Shown here in pieces: positions 39,435 to 49,012 of a DNA stretch of 64,000 nucleotides (its first letter is position 1; each line of letters starts with the position of its first letter). A program made the position numbers and the translations under genes. Source of the DNA: Alphaproteobacteria bacterium (GTDB taxonomy: Bacteria; Pseudomonadota; Alphaproteobacteria; UBA828); assembly GCA_963667785.2 (NCBI GenBank), contig CAXXMU010000006.1, positions 960,001 to 1,024,000 on the forward strand. Reading direction: 5' to 3'. The notes beneath the pieces are model-generated. The model had not been told where the DNA came from. It was given only the letters and a program-made list of their open reading frames with translations, and made no database searches.

Positions 39435-39734
39435 TCATCGACCTGTCTCTTCGCCTATCTCGAAGATTACAGGAGTCAACATCCATCTTCCACGATCATC
39501 CCGCGGGAGAATGAGCCCTTCGCGCTTCAGCTCATCAAGCGCCTCGAGGGTGGCTTCGTTCGAAGCACCCAGGAAGCGGCACAAGCTGCTGGGGTCCTTC
39601 AGATCCACTTTGCCGCTCATGCCTGAGGTCTCGACGATCCACAGGAGGGCCAGCTTGGCGGTTGGGCCGATCCCTTCCACCTTCATGGCAAGGCTGAAAT
39701 TCTCCGCGGTCACGGGCGACCCCCTTACGGTCAA
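39435..39734 (-). CDS. Winged-HTH protein resembling the N-terminus of a phage replication initiator
   Basis: LAMKVEGIGPTAKLALLWI...LCRFLGAS...ALDELKREGLI. Confidence 0.5.
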   Translation of the reverse strand: MTVRGSPVTAENFSLAMKVEGIGPTAKLALLWIVETSGMSGKVDLKDPSSLCRFLGASNEATLEALDELKREGLILPRDDRGRWMLTPVIFEIGEETGR

Positions 39735-39956
39735 TGGCTATTTTATTGCACAGCCGGACATAATGTCCTACCCTGAATCTGCAACCATTCTCTCGGTGAT
39801 CCGCTCCGTCGGGTCGCCCGCTCAATACAATAGCCCGAGACCCGGCGCGGGGTAGCTCCCTGTGCTTGGCGAATAGGCGGGGCCTCGCTCTCACCGAGAG
39901 ATGGTTGCAACGGCCCGGCACCAGCCGGCGCCGTCACCCACGCACGGGAGACAGGC

Positions 39957-40187
39957 ATGAGGGCAGAGCATTCAACCAGCGGCGTCACCAAGGACGTTCT
40001 CGGGCCGCTGCACCGTCTATGGTGCTTCCTGTTCGCCTGGATCTACTACGCGGTCAAGGGAATGTGGGGGCCGGCAGCCCTGAGCTTCCTCACGTTCAAC
40101 GGGCTGCTGGTGATCATGCCGCTGTGGAACAGGTCCATCGTGCGCGGCTGGTACGAAAAACACGGGTGGCGCATCTTCGATGACTGA
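39957..40187 (+). CDS. Small membrane protein (DUF2628-like)
   Basis: WCFLFAWIYYAVKGMWG...WYEKHGW; GGGAGA RBS. Confidence 0.6.
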   Translation: MRAEHSTSGVTKDVLGPLHRLWCFLFAWIYYAVKGMWGPAALSFLTFNGLLVIMPLWNRSIVRGWYEKHGWRIFDD

Positions 40188-40241
40188 ATGCCGCTTCCCA
40201 ACCATGCTTTGGGCGGTTCTGAAGGAAAACGGGAGGCGACA

Positions 40242-40547
40242 TTGAAGACCATGGTTCTGGTGCTGGCCGGCTGCCTCATCGGGAATGCGGCAGCGGCCTG
40301 TGAAGTGGAGGACTGGCGCTGGTACCACACGGCGGCGCTGAGGGCGCTGGGGATTGAGGGGGTGGCCACCTGCGAAAGTGGCCGAATCACGCTGCGGGTC
40401 TATGACCAGACCGCCCAGGGGCGCAAGTTCTTGGGGGTGGACGAGACGTTCATCAACAACCGAGCATTTACCACCACGATCTTCGCTGTGGACCCGCGCC
40501 CTATGGATCCGGTGGTAGAGTTCGCGATCGAGCCCGATAGAGGTTAA
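40242..40547 (+). CDS. Small secreted protein
   Basis: Signal peptide ending AAAA-C; GGGAGG RBS before TTG. Confidence 0.6.
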   Translation: MKTMVLVLAGCLIGNAAAACEVEDWRWYHTAALRALGIEGVATCESGRITLRVYDQTAQGRKFLGVDETFINNRAFTTTIFAVDPRPMDPVVEFAIEPDRG

Positions 40548-40813
40548 AGGGTGTCGAGGTGGCAGTAACCGTCGATGGTGATGCGCGCTTGGAGGATAGT
40601 GTCGTCCCCCGCGCAATCCGCGACTACCAGACCTCTTTCGTCGAGAGACCGGATGTAGAATGCGATCTCGTGATGATTGGCGAACCCGCACTGCATCATG
40701 AGTAGCTTGACGTCGTTCTGGTTCAGAGCAACACCGTCTCCCTGATGGGGGGCGAGGGCGTCGAAGTGCTTGAGCAAGCAGTCCAGCCGCTCCTGCGTTG
40801 TCATCCGGCTCAT
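40544..40813 (-). CDS. Hypothetical winged-helix-like protein
   Basis: EIAFYIRSLDERGLV...ARITIDGY pattern. Confidence 0.55.
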   Translation of the reverse strand: MSRMTTQERLDCLLKHFDALAPHQGDGVALNQNDVKLLMMQCGFANHHEIAFYIRSLDERGLVVADCAGDDTILQARITIDGYCHLDTL

Positions 40814-40923
40814 GACCGTGCTCCCGGGTCCAGAACGTTGTCGGCGATGATGCCCCTAGATGATTGACGCTGCAAGGAAAATCGGAATAATGGAGTAAGG
40901 GCTGCGACCCCGAGGGACGACTC

Positions 40924-41172
40924 ATGACAGGACCGAAGCGTGCAAGAAGCGTCGCGTTGCCGCCGGTGGAAGCCTCGCCGGAGGAGATCGCGCAGGCCAT
41001 ATTCTCGTTCAATCCAGACGGTTCGCCGTCGCAAGAAGGCTCTGCGCCAGCAGGCGAGCCATCTCCGGGACAAGTGCTATCGATACGGGTGCAGGAGGGA
41101 TCTCCCACTCATCAATGGCTTGAGGGGCAGCAAACTGAAGCACCACCGCGCTCAAAGGAACAATCGGCGTAG
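40924..41172 (+). CDS. Hypothetical small protein near the IS right end
   Basis: GAGGGA RBS; upstream TTGACG...AATAAT promoter-like sequence at about 40864-40890. Confidence 0.4.
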   Translation: MTGPKRARSVALPPVEASPEEIAQAIFSFNPDGSPSQEGSAPAGEPSPGQVLSIRVQEGSPTHQWLEGQQTEAPPRSKEQSA

Positions 41173-41379
41173 CCCCTCCCTCGATCTCCATCGATACCGG
41201 AAACGTCCGCGCGTTCGTCATCAGATGAACCTTGGCCATGGCCTCGCTCTCGCCTGAAGGGTGGAAGCCAGAGCGTGACACGCTAAGAGTGATTACTCAA
41301 ATATATAATTCCCCTTATTATACCCCCGACTACCCCTGAGCACTTCAGCCCTTCCCGTTTCGCATGGCGGCGGGTGCCG

Positions 41380-41868
41380 TCAGCCAGTCGCAGTAGATCG
41401 ACGCGCATCTCGGGCAATGGGCCACGGCAGCGAGTGCCGCTCCGCGTGCCGACGCGCAGCCTTCTTCGCTACGTTCCCCTTGCCCGCGTCCGACAGCCCG
41501 ACCTCACGCGCGATCAACGCCCACGTCCCGCCGCGAGCCCTCGCCTCATACGCCAGCCGCCCCTTCTCCGACCAGGGCCGCCCAACCTTCCGAGGCGCCC
41601 CTTCCTCTTTCGGGGGAGAAGCACTCTCCGACGCCCCGACCCGGGAACCAGAAGACGCCTCCCTGTCCCCAGCCTCAAGGACCTCCCGATACCACGCCAG
41701 CCTCGGATCCCCGCCCCGCGCCGCTCGCTCGGCCAGCCGTTCCGTCCCCGAAGCATTCCACCCCGGACACCACCGGCACGCCCTCACCCAGTCCGGCCGC
41801 CCGAGCTGACCCAGCGCGTCAAGAACCCGATCCGCCGGCGAACCCTTCGGTGGCGCCGTCCACGTCAT
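41380..41868 (-). CDS. Phage-like protein with C-terminal GRP-HTH
   Basis: KVGRPWSEKGRLAYEARARGGTWALIAREVGLS; GAAGGTGAG RBS before the ATG at 41868. Confidence 0.5.
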   Translation of the reverse strand: MTWTAPPKGSPADRVLDALGQLGRPDWVRACRWCPGWNASGTERLAERAARGGDPRLAWYREVLEAGDREASSGSRVGASESASPPKEEGAPRKVGRPWSEKGRLAYEARARGGTWALIAREVGLSDAGKGNVAKKAARRHAERHSLPWPIARDARRSTATG

Positions 41869-42849
41869 CTCACCTTCCACCGAATAATGAGACCCCTTAC
41901 GCCAGAGAATAGGATTGTGGGACCCCTCGTTCAATACTTTTTGGGACCCCCCAATCCCCCTGAGCACATACACAGTGGGGCCTACATCTGGGGATTCACC
42001 GCGCGCGGCCCCCACTTCGGATGGCCCCCCCTTTCGCGAGAGCGCCAGCGGGTCCCTCCCTGGGCGCATGGCTGAGGGCGCCTCGACCCACCACATCTTG
42101 CGATCGTCTCGGGGCAACGACGGTCATAATGCCCGTATCGGGCTAAGTGGCTGATCTGGCACGATACCCGATTTCCCACAATGGGCATTATGCGAACATC
42201 GCGTGCGCCTGACGCATGGCAGCGCGGGCCATGGGGTATGCGTGAAGCGCAGGGTCAGGGCCATCGGCCATGCAGTCAGCGCAGGGGGCACTCACAGAGG
42301 CGAGGATGACCGGCCTCGACGAGGGCATGGGCGATGGTGAATGGGGCAGGGGTAGCGGCAGGAAGGGTGAGCGGGTGTGGATGAGGGGGAGGAGAGCTAG
42401 GTGATGGAGGGTGGGTATGAGTGGTGTGTGGCTTGGGCTTTCAGGGCTCTGAGGCGCTCGGCGCTCGTCCATGCTCTCCGCCGCGTCACTCGGGCTGGCT
42501 CTCCTCGTCGGAAGGAGGACGCGGGGCGGGTGTGGCGTAGAGGGATGCGCAGTTTGGGCATGGATCGGCGGCGCGGGAGTATCCGATGATGCCGATGCGG
42601 TCGTATCGGGGGACGGGTCTGGGGCGCTGCGTCCAGGAGTGGGCGCAGCGGGCGCAGGTGAAGCGGTCGAGGATGGGGGCTTGGGGTTTCAGGGTTGGGG
42701 ATCGAGGCGCTTGGCGATGCGCATGAGGCGGGCGGCACATCGCTCGGCTCGACGCAGGCGGCGGTTGGAGTGGTCGAGGGCGCGGAGGACCAGGAACTCC
42801 GCGAGCTCGCGGAGCAGCCCGGCGAGGGCGGCGCGGGTCAGGGGCATGG

Positions 42850-43080
42850 TCAATATCTCCCGCCGTCTCGGGAGGGCCAGTGCGTGGGGAGGATGAGGTG
42901 TTCCGACGTCGGGACGTCTTTGGGATCCACGGTGAAGCGGGAGCGGGGACGGTCGAGCCAGGCGCGCGCTGCGAGGGCCGCGAGGGTGTCGAGATCGCCC
43001 AGAGGGTCGTAGCCGTCGAGGGGCTGGGCCGAGACGGTGCCGAGGCCGGCCTCGCGGAGCCGGGAGCGGTAGAGGGACAT
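42850..43080 (-). CDS. Hypothetical small phage-like protein
   Basis: 76-aa ORF in a run of closely spaced minus-strand small ORFs. Confidence 0.4.
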   Translation of the reverse strand: MSLYRSRLREAGLGTVSAQPLDGYDPLGDLDTLAALAARAWLDRPRSRFTVDPKDVPTSEHLILPTHWPSRDGGRY

Positions 43081-44074
43081 GGGCTCACCGCGCCACGCAC
43101 GCCATGATGGCGTGGAAGGGGGCGATGCCCGGGATCCGCAGATTGCCGCCGAGCGCAGGCGTCGACCACTCCAGGAATGTGGCGTGCTCGCCCACGGCGC
43201 TGAGGCTGACGATCGAGCCGCGCGGGAGGGCGAGCGCGATCTCGCTGGTCTCGATCAGCAGGTGATCGTCGGAGCAGGCGACGGCGGTGGGCTGCTCCTC
43301 CTCGCTCGCGGCGGGGAGGGCGAAGCCGAAGACGCGTTGGTTATGCGAGTTTCGATCCGTCGTGCGCGTCTTGGTCTGCCCAGCGGGCTCCAGCAGCGCA
43401 TTGTGCTCCAACTCCCACGCCGTTTACACGAGCGCGCCGTCGAACCACTGAAGCGGAGTCCAGCCCCGTTTCGCGCACACGCTCCGCTGGTCAATGGTGA
43501 ACACTGCCCCAGCGGACGGGATAGCCGGAGACGATGGCGTTCGCTGGCCTATCGGGGTCTCGATGGCGGAGCCGGCCTGACGGCGCCGGAGCCGCCCCAG
43601 GATGGGCGCTGCACCATATGGGGGGGAAGTGCCGCCCGTCTCGTCTCGGCGATCCTGCGCCACGTATGGCGCTTGGCAGCCTGTCTCAGCCCGTAACCAT
43701 CACCGGAGCCGAGCTCGTGCGTGACCAGCGAGAGCGCGGCCACCACGACGATGGCAACGACGACGCGGTTGGCTGCCTGCCGGGAGCGAACCGCGGGGCA
43801 AGCCGGGGCTGCACAATACCCGACATGCCAGATCGCAGGATCGGGATGACGGAGTGGGGGCACGGTGACGGGATCCACCGGATAACGTGGCATCCGGATA
43901 ACGGGGCACGACGTCACCCGCACCACCGGCACATTGATCGAAGACAGGCGGGATCGTCCCGAGCGGTTCCGGAGCGTCGCGCGAAATCTCCTCTCGAATA
44001 GGATGGATAATAGGGAGTGGAGATGCGCTATATCCGCCAATACTGTTCTGAATCAGCATCATATGAAAGAGCCG

Positions 44075-44167
44075 TGGCGGAGGGAGTGGGATTCGAACCC
44101 ACGGTACGGCTTGTCACCGTACAACGGTTTAGCAAACCGCCGCCTTCGACCACTCGGCCATCCCTCC
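44075..44167 (-). tRNA. tRNA-Ser (GCT)
   Basis: GGAGGGATGGCCGAGTGG...TTGCTAA anticodon loop, long variable arm, GGTTCGAATCC, encoded CCA. Confidence 0.97.
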
Positions 44168-44300
44168 GGTCGCGACCCTCGGCGACTGAGCCCCGCTCTT
44201 TTACGGAGCCGGCCGGAACGCTGTCAACAACCCGCCCGATCGGGGCCGGCGCCGGCGCTTCGTGCCCGCCGGGGCATCCCCGGGCGTGCAGGCGCGGCGC

Positions 44301-44711
44301 CTACTCGGACGCCTGCTCCGACGCCTCCTCGCCCGCGAATTTCCAGTAGGTGTCCTTGGTGACGACCTTGCCGTCCTCGTTCAGCTCCCAGATGTCGCAA
44401 CCGAGCCAGTTGATCTCGTTGCCGTTGGTCTCGGTGCCGGTCACGGTCCACTCGGAGCAGCCCCGGTTTCCGCCGACCCAGTGGCTGCGAATGTGCCAGT
44501 ACATGTCGGGAACGGTGCGGAAGCGCCTGTGCGCCATGGCGCGGATCTCGTCCAACCCGCGCGCACGCCCGCCCTCGGGCGGCACGCCCCGCGAGAGCAG
44601 CCAGGACGAATCCTCGGCGAAGTGGCGGACGATGCCCTCCACGTCGTGCCGGTTGTAGGCGTCGCAGACCTCTGTAATCACCGCGAGGTTGCGGCGTTCG
44701 TCGTCGTTCAT
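44301..44711 (-). CDS. NTF2/SnoaL-like protein
   Basis: AYNRHDVEGIVRHFAED...SEWTVTG...GCDIWEL...KDTYWK. Confidence 0.85.
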   Translation of the reverse strand: MNDDERRNLAVITEVCDAYNRHDVEGIVRHFAEDSSWLLSRGVPPEGGRARGLDEIRAMAHRRFRTVPDMYWHIRSHWVGGNRGCSEWTVTGTETNGNEINWLGCDIWELNEDGKVVTKDTYWKFAGEEASEQASE

Positions 44712-44721
44712 CGTCTCTCCC

Positions 44722-46104
44722 TCACTGGGTGCAGCCGCCGGCGGCCGCCGGTCGTGCCTCGATCGGGCCTTCCTCCGGGACGGTATCCAGGAGATGGCCG
44801 TGGTGGGTCAGGAATTCGTCGACCGCCTCGACAAGGCCGTCGCAGTCGGCGTCGGCAATGGCGAGACAGGGCGCCATGTAGCCGCGCCGCGCGGTGAAGA
44901 AGCCCTTGTCGATCAGGTCGAGATGCAGGAGCTGCCGCAGGCGCGCGTCTCTGGGCGCGATGTCGCGGATCGAGCGGATCGGCTCGCGTTGCAGATGCAT
45001 CGTCAGGATCGAGCCCAGCCCGGTGACCTGGAACGATACGTCGCGACGGGCGGCGAGCCCGTTGAGGGCGTCGCGCAGCGCATCGCCGGTCTCGTTGAGC
45101 GCGACCTGCACCTCCGGCGTGAACACCTTCTCCAGGCCGGCGGCGCCTGCGATCAGCATGAACACGTTGTTGTTGAAGGTGCCGTGGTGAACGATGGAAT
45201 CGGGTCTGGAGGGGTCGTAGATCTTCAGGATCTCCGCAGGACCGCCCAGGGCGCCGCAGGAAAAGCCGCCGCCGATGTATTTCCCGAGCGTGGTCAGGTC
45301 GGGGACGATGCCGAGCTGGCCCTGGCGCCCGCCCGGTGCCACCCGCGAGGTCATCACCTCGTCGAAGACCAGGAGAACGTCGTGGGCGCTGCAGGCCTCG
45401 CGCAACGCCCCGAGGAATTCGGCCGAGGCCGGGATCGCACCGGACGCGCCCTGGAGGGGTTCGACCAGCACCGCGGCGAGGCGGTGCGCGTTCTCCCGGA
45501 TCAGGCGCCGCGCCTCTTCCGCGTCGTTGTAGGGGGCGATCACGAAGGGGAAGGGCACGGCGATCGGCGCGGCCTCGCGGCCGAAGTAGATGGTGCCGCC
45601 GTGATAGGCGCCCTCGAACACCATGATCGAGTCTTTTCCCGTCACCGCGCGCGCCGTGACCATGGCCAGGATGTTGCCTTCGGTGCCCGAGGTGGTGAAC
45701 CGCACCTGCTCGACGGAAGGGAAGCGCGCGCAGACCAGTGCCGCGAGCCGGGCCTCGTAGGGGCTCGCCGAGCCATAGGAAATTCCGGACTCCAGCGTCG
45801 CCATCACCGCCTCCCGGATCACCGGGTGCGAGTGGCCGTAGAGCCCCGCGGAGAAGTCGCCGACGAAGTCGGTGTAGGTGTGGCCGTCCACGTCGGTCAG
45901 CGCAGCGCCCGCCGCGCTCTCGATGGCGAGCGGAAAGGGCGCATAGAACATGCCGGTGCGGGTGTTGCCGCCGGGCATGCTCGCGCGTGCTTGCTCGTAC
46001 TGCGCCCGGCTGCCGGGATTGGCCGCGGCATAGCGTGCCGTCACCTCGGTGACGGCGCTCTCGAGATCGAGATTCTGTCCGTCCGGCCGGACGTCCGTCG
46101 CCAT
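44722..46104 (-). CDS. Class III aminotransferase (glutamate-1-semialdehyde aminomutase-like)
   Basis: MPGGNTR, SGTE, GAYHG, VFDEVMT, LGKYIGGG, HHGTFN. Confidence 0.9.
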   Translation of the reverse strand: MATDVRPDGQNLDLESAVTEVTARYAAANPGSRAQYEQARASMPGGNTRTGMFYAPFPLAIESAAGAALTDVDGHTYTDFVGDFSAGLYGHSHPVIREAVMATLESGISYGSASPYEARLAALVCARFPSVEQVRFTTSGTEGNILAMVTARAVTGKDSIMVFEGAYHGGTIYFGREAAPIAVPFPFVIAPYNDAEEARRLIRENAHRLAAVLVEPLQGASGAIPASAEFLGALREACSAHDVLLVFDEVMTSRVAPGGRQGQLGIVPDLTTLGKYIGGGFSCGALGGPAEILKIYDPSRPDSIVHHGTFNNNVFMLIAGAAGLEKVFTPEVQVALNETGDALRDALNGLAARRDVSFQVTGLGSILTMHLQREPIRSIRDIAPRDARLRQLLHLDLIDKGFFTARRGYMAPCLAIADADCDGLVEAVDEFLTHHGHLLDTVPEEGPIEARPAAAGGCTQ

Positions 46105-46333
46105 GCCGCGCCTCCCGTGGGGTTGGGGCGGCAGACGATAGCCGCAGGGCCTGCGGCGCGGCAAGGCCGTCCCGGCGCGCGGTACGCGCGAGCATGATTC
46201 CGCGCGTACCGCGCGACGCAGACCGTGACCCCGGTGAGACATCCGGGCTAGTATCCGGGCCGCGCGCATCAGGCGCGCGCGAGCCATGCCGCCCGATGCA
46301 GAGAAGCGTGCAACGGAGGGAGGGACAGCCTCT

Positions 46334-47152
46334 ATGCCCGAACTGCTTCGGCCCGCTTCGGTCGACGAGGCGGCCGGCCTTTTCGCGAGCCACGGCGCTG
46401 CGGCGGCGATCCTCGCCGGCGGCACCAGCCTGATGCGCGAGACCCATCCGTCGGACGACGGCGTTCTGATCGCGTTGGACCGGCTCGGCCTCGACCGGGT
46501 GGAAAGCCGCGACGGCGGCTGGTCGGTGGGCGCTGCGGTCTCGCTGAGCGAGCTCCGCGCCGCCGTGCCGATCCCGGCGCTCCAGGCGGCGACCCGCGAG
46601 ATCGGCGGGCCTGCGGTGCAGAACATGGCGACGGTCGGTGGCAACCTGTTCGCGCGCGCCCCCTTCGGCGACCTCGCGCCCGCGCTGCTGGCGCTCGGCG
46701 CGCGTCTCGTCTTCGCCAGCGCCGACGGCGAGGAGGAGCAGCCGATCGAGGCGTTCTATGCCGGCTGGTCGGAGGACGGCGCGCCCCGTGCGGGCCTGCT
46801 GACGCGGATCGAGATCGATGCGCCCGCAGGCGCCGTCTCCTACCTGAAGTGCGCCCGGCGCCGCTATGCGAGCCCTTCGGTGGTCAGCGTCGCCGCCTCG
46901 GTGGAGAAGGACGGCGGCGGCGCGGTGAGCGACGCCCGGATCGCGCTGAGCGGCGCGAGCGCGCATCCCTTCTGCTGCGCCGCGGCCGAGCAGGCGGTGA
47001 TCGGCTCCGGCCTGGACGACGCGGCGATGGCGGCGGCGGGCGCGGCGGCCGAGGCAGCGGTGACGCCCGCCACCGACCCGGTGGCGAGCGACTGGTACCG
47101 CCGGCGCATGGCCGGCGTCTTCGTGCGCCGCGCGCTGGCGGCGCTCGCCTGA
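46334..47152 (+). CDS. Molybdenum hydroxylase FAD-binding subunit
   Basis: LAGGTSL, VQNMATVGGNL, ASDWYRR. Confidence 0.9.
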   Translation: MPELLRPASVDEAAGLFASHGAAAAILAGGTSLMRETHPSDDGVLIALDRLGLDRVESRDGGWSVGAAVSLSELRAAVPIPALQAATREIGGPAVQNMATVGGNLFARAPFGDLAPALLALGARLVFASADGEEEQPIEAFYAGWSEDGAPRAGLLTRIEIDAPAGAVSYLKCARRRYASPSVVSVAASVEKDGGGAVSDARIALSGASAHPFCCAAAEQAVIGSGLDDAAMAAAGAAAEAAVTPATDPVASDWYRRRMAGVFVRRALAALA

Positions 47153-47174
47153 AGACGTCGAGCGGGAGACGGGA

Positions 47175-47666
47175 ATGGAAGCCAAGCTGATACGTCTCAC
47201 GGTCAACGGTCGTGACGAGACCGTGGTGGCGGACCCGCTGGCGACGCTGCAGGACGTGCTTCGCGACACGCTGCAGCTCACCGCGGTCAAGAGCGGCTGC
47301 GGCCAGGGCGGCTGCGGGAGCTGCTCGGTGCTGGTGGACGGCGAGCTGCGACTCTCCTGCCTGACGCTGGCCGAGCGGGTCGAGGGCACGGAGGTGACCA
47401 CCCTCGAAGGCCTCAACGAGACGAACGCGATCGTGCCGCTGCAGCAGGCCTTCGTCGAGAACTACGCGGCGCAGTGCGGCTACTGCACCGCCGGCATGGT
47501 GATGGCGGCGAAGGCGCTGCTCGACCGCAATCCGGCGCCGAGCCGGGACGAGATCGTCGAGGGGCTCTCGGGCAATCTCTGCCGCTGCACCGGGTTCGCG
47601 CCGATCGTCCGCGCCGTGCAGCAGGCCGCGCAGGCGCTGTCGGATACAGGCGAGGAGGCGAGCTGA
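47175..47666 (+). CDS. Molybdenum hydroxylase [2Fe-2S] subunit
   Basis: GCGQGGCGSC, QCGYC, GNLCRCTG. Confidence 0.95.
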   Translation: MEAKLIRLTVNGRDETVVADPLATLQDVLRDTLQLTAVKSGCGQGGCGSCSVLVDGELRLSCLTLAERVEGTEVTTLEGLNETNAIVPLQQAFVENYAAQCGYCTAGMVMAAKALLDRNPAPSRDEIVEGLSGNLCRCTGFAPIVRAVQQAAQALSDTGEEAS

Positions 47667-49012
47667 TGTCGATGAAGCAACTCGGAGTCGTCGGCCGGAA
47701 CGTCGGGCAGCGCGACCTCGAAAGCCACGCGCGCGGGCAGACGACCTATTACGAGGACGTTCACTACCCGCGCATGCTGCACCTCAAGATGCACCGGAGC
47801 GCCGAGCCCCATGCCCGTATCGTGAGCGTGGACACCAGCGCCGCCCAGGCCAGCCCCGGCGTCGTCTGCGTGCTGACCCACGAGGACCTGCCGGGCAAGA
47901 AGGTGTGGAACGGGCTTGCCGCCGTCGGCGTCGGCCCTGAGGACGAGCCGATCCTCGCCTTCGACAAGGTACGCTGGCGGGGCGAGCCGATCGTCGCCGT
48001 GCTGGGCGAGAGCGCGGAAGCCGCCCGCGCCGGCGCCGCTAAGGTGAAGGTGGAGTACGACCCGCTCCCCGGCGTCTTCGACGTGGAGGAGGCGATCGCA
48101 GGCGCGGCACCGGCGCTCACCGCCCACTGGCCGCGCAACCACTACATCTATCCCGACGATCACGCGGCCGCCCAAATCCGCTACGGCGATGTCGAGGCCG
48201 GCTTCGCCGACGCCGATCACATCGTCGAGGACCGCTACCAGACCAGCCCCATCGAGCAGGCGCCGATGGAGACCAACGGCTGCATCGCCAAGCCCGGCGG
48301 CGACGGGCGCATCACGGTGCACACCAACACGCAGGCCGTGCACTTCGCCCGCGACAACACCGCCGCCATTCTCGGCATCGCGCCGGGCAAGCTGCGCTTC
48401 CTCGGCGGCACGGTGGGCGGCGGCTTCGGCGGCAAGGTGGACGTGGCGGTCGAGCCCATCTCGGTGCTTGGCGCCATGAGGACCGGCCGCCCGGTCAAGT
48501 TCAAGTACACGCGGGAGGAGGAGATGCAGGTCTCGTCCACCCGCTCCGCCTGGCGCCTCTACATCAAGGACGGGGTGATGAACGACGGGCGCATCGTCGC
48601 CCGCAAGATCACGTCGTATCAGGATTCCGGCGCCTATCTGCGCTTCAGCTCCTACGGCTCGATGAAGCATGCCGGCCACATGCCGGGGCCCTATACCATC
48701 CCCAACGTATGGGTCGACGCGCGCGTGGTGTTCACCAACCGGCCGCCGTCGAGCGCCATGCGCGGCTTCGGCGTCATGGCCGCCTCCTTCGCCATCGAAC
48801 TGCAGATGGACAAGATCGCCAAGACGATCGGCATGGACCCGTGGCAGCTCCGGCTGCTCAACGCCTACCGCAACGACGACATGAAGGCGCACCGCAAGGA
48901 GGTCGAGGACGCGGCGATGGTGGAGACCATCCAGGCGGCGGCCAAGCTCGCCGGCCAGGAGTTGCCGGCGGAGTACCAAGCGATGACCTCCTGGGACAGA
49001 AAGGCAAGCTGA
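47666..49012 (+). CDS. Xanthine dehydrogenase family molybdopterin subunit, N-terminal part
   Basis: VGGGFGGK, AMRGFG. Confidence 0.9.
   Translation: MSMKQLGVVGRNVGQRDLESHARGQTTYYEDVHYPRMLHLKMHRSAEPHARIVSVDTSAAQASPGVVCVLTHEDLPGKKVWNGLAAVGVGPEDEPILAFDKVRWRGEPIVAVLGESAEAARAGAAKVKVEYDPLPGVFDVEEAIAGAAPALTAHWPRNHYIYPDDHAAAQIRYGDVEAGFADADHIVEDRYQTSPIEQAPMETNGCIAKPGGDGRITVHTNTQAVHFARDNTAAILGIAPGKLRFLGGTVGGGFGGKVDVAVEPISVLGAMRTGRPVKFKYTREEEMQVSSTRSAWRLYIKDGVMNDGRIVARKITSYQDSGAYLRFSSYGSMKHAGHMPGPYTIPNVWVDARVVFTNRPPSSAMRGFGVMAASFAIELQMDKIAKTIGMDPWQLRLLNAYRNDDMKAHRKEVEDAAMVETIQAAAKLAGQELPAEYQAMTSWDRKAS

Larger units (their letters stand above)
37737..41314 (+). mobile_element. IS1595-family element with passenger genes (3578 bp)
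   Basis: 25-bp imperfect TIRs GGGAAATTATATCCTTCACTAAGCA and revcomp GGGGAATTATATATTTGAGTAATCA (19/25 match); transposase near the left end; flanks not duplicated. Confidence 0.85.

Noticed and set aside
28648-41314. CRISPR-associated transposon
   Set aside because: The transposase is IS1595-type with its own TIRs and disrupts csb2; no TnsB, TnsC or TniQ; cas3 is present
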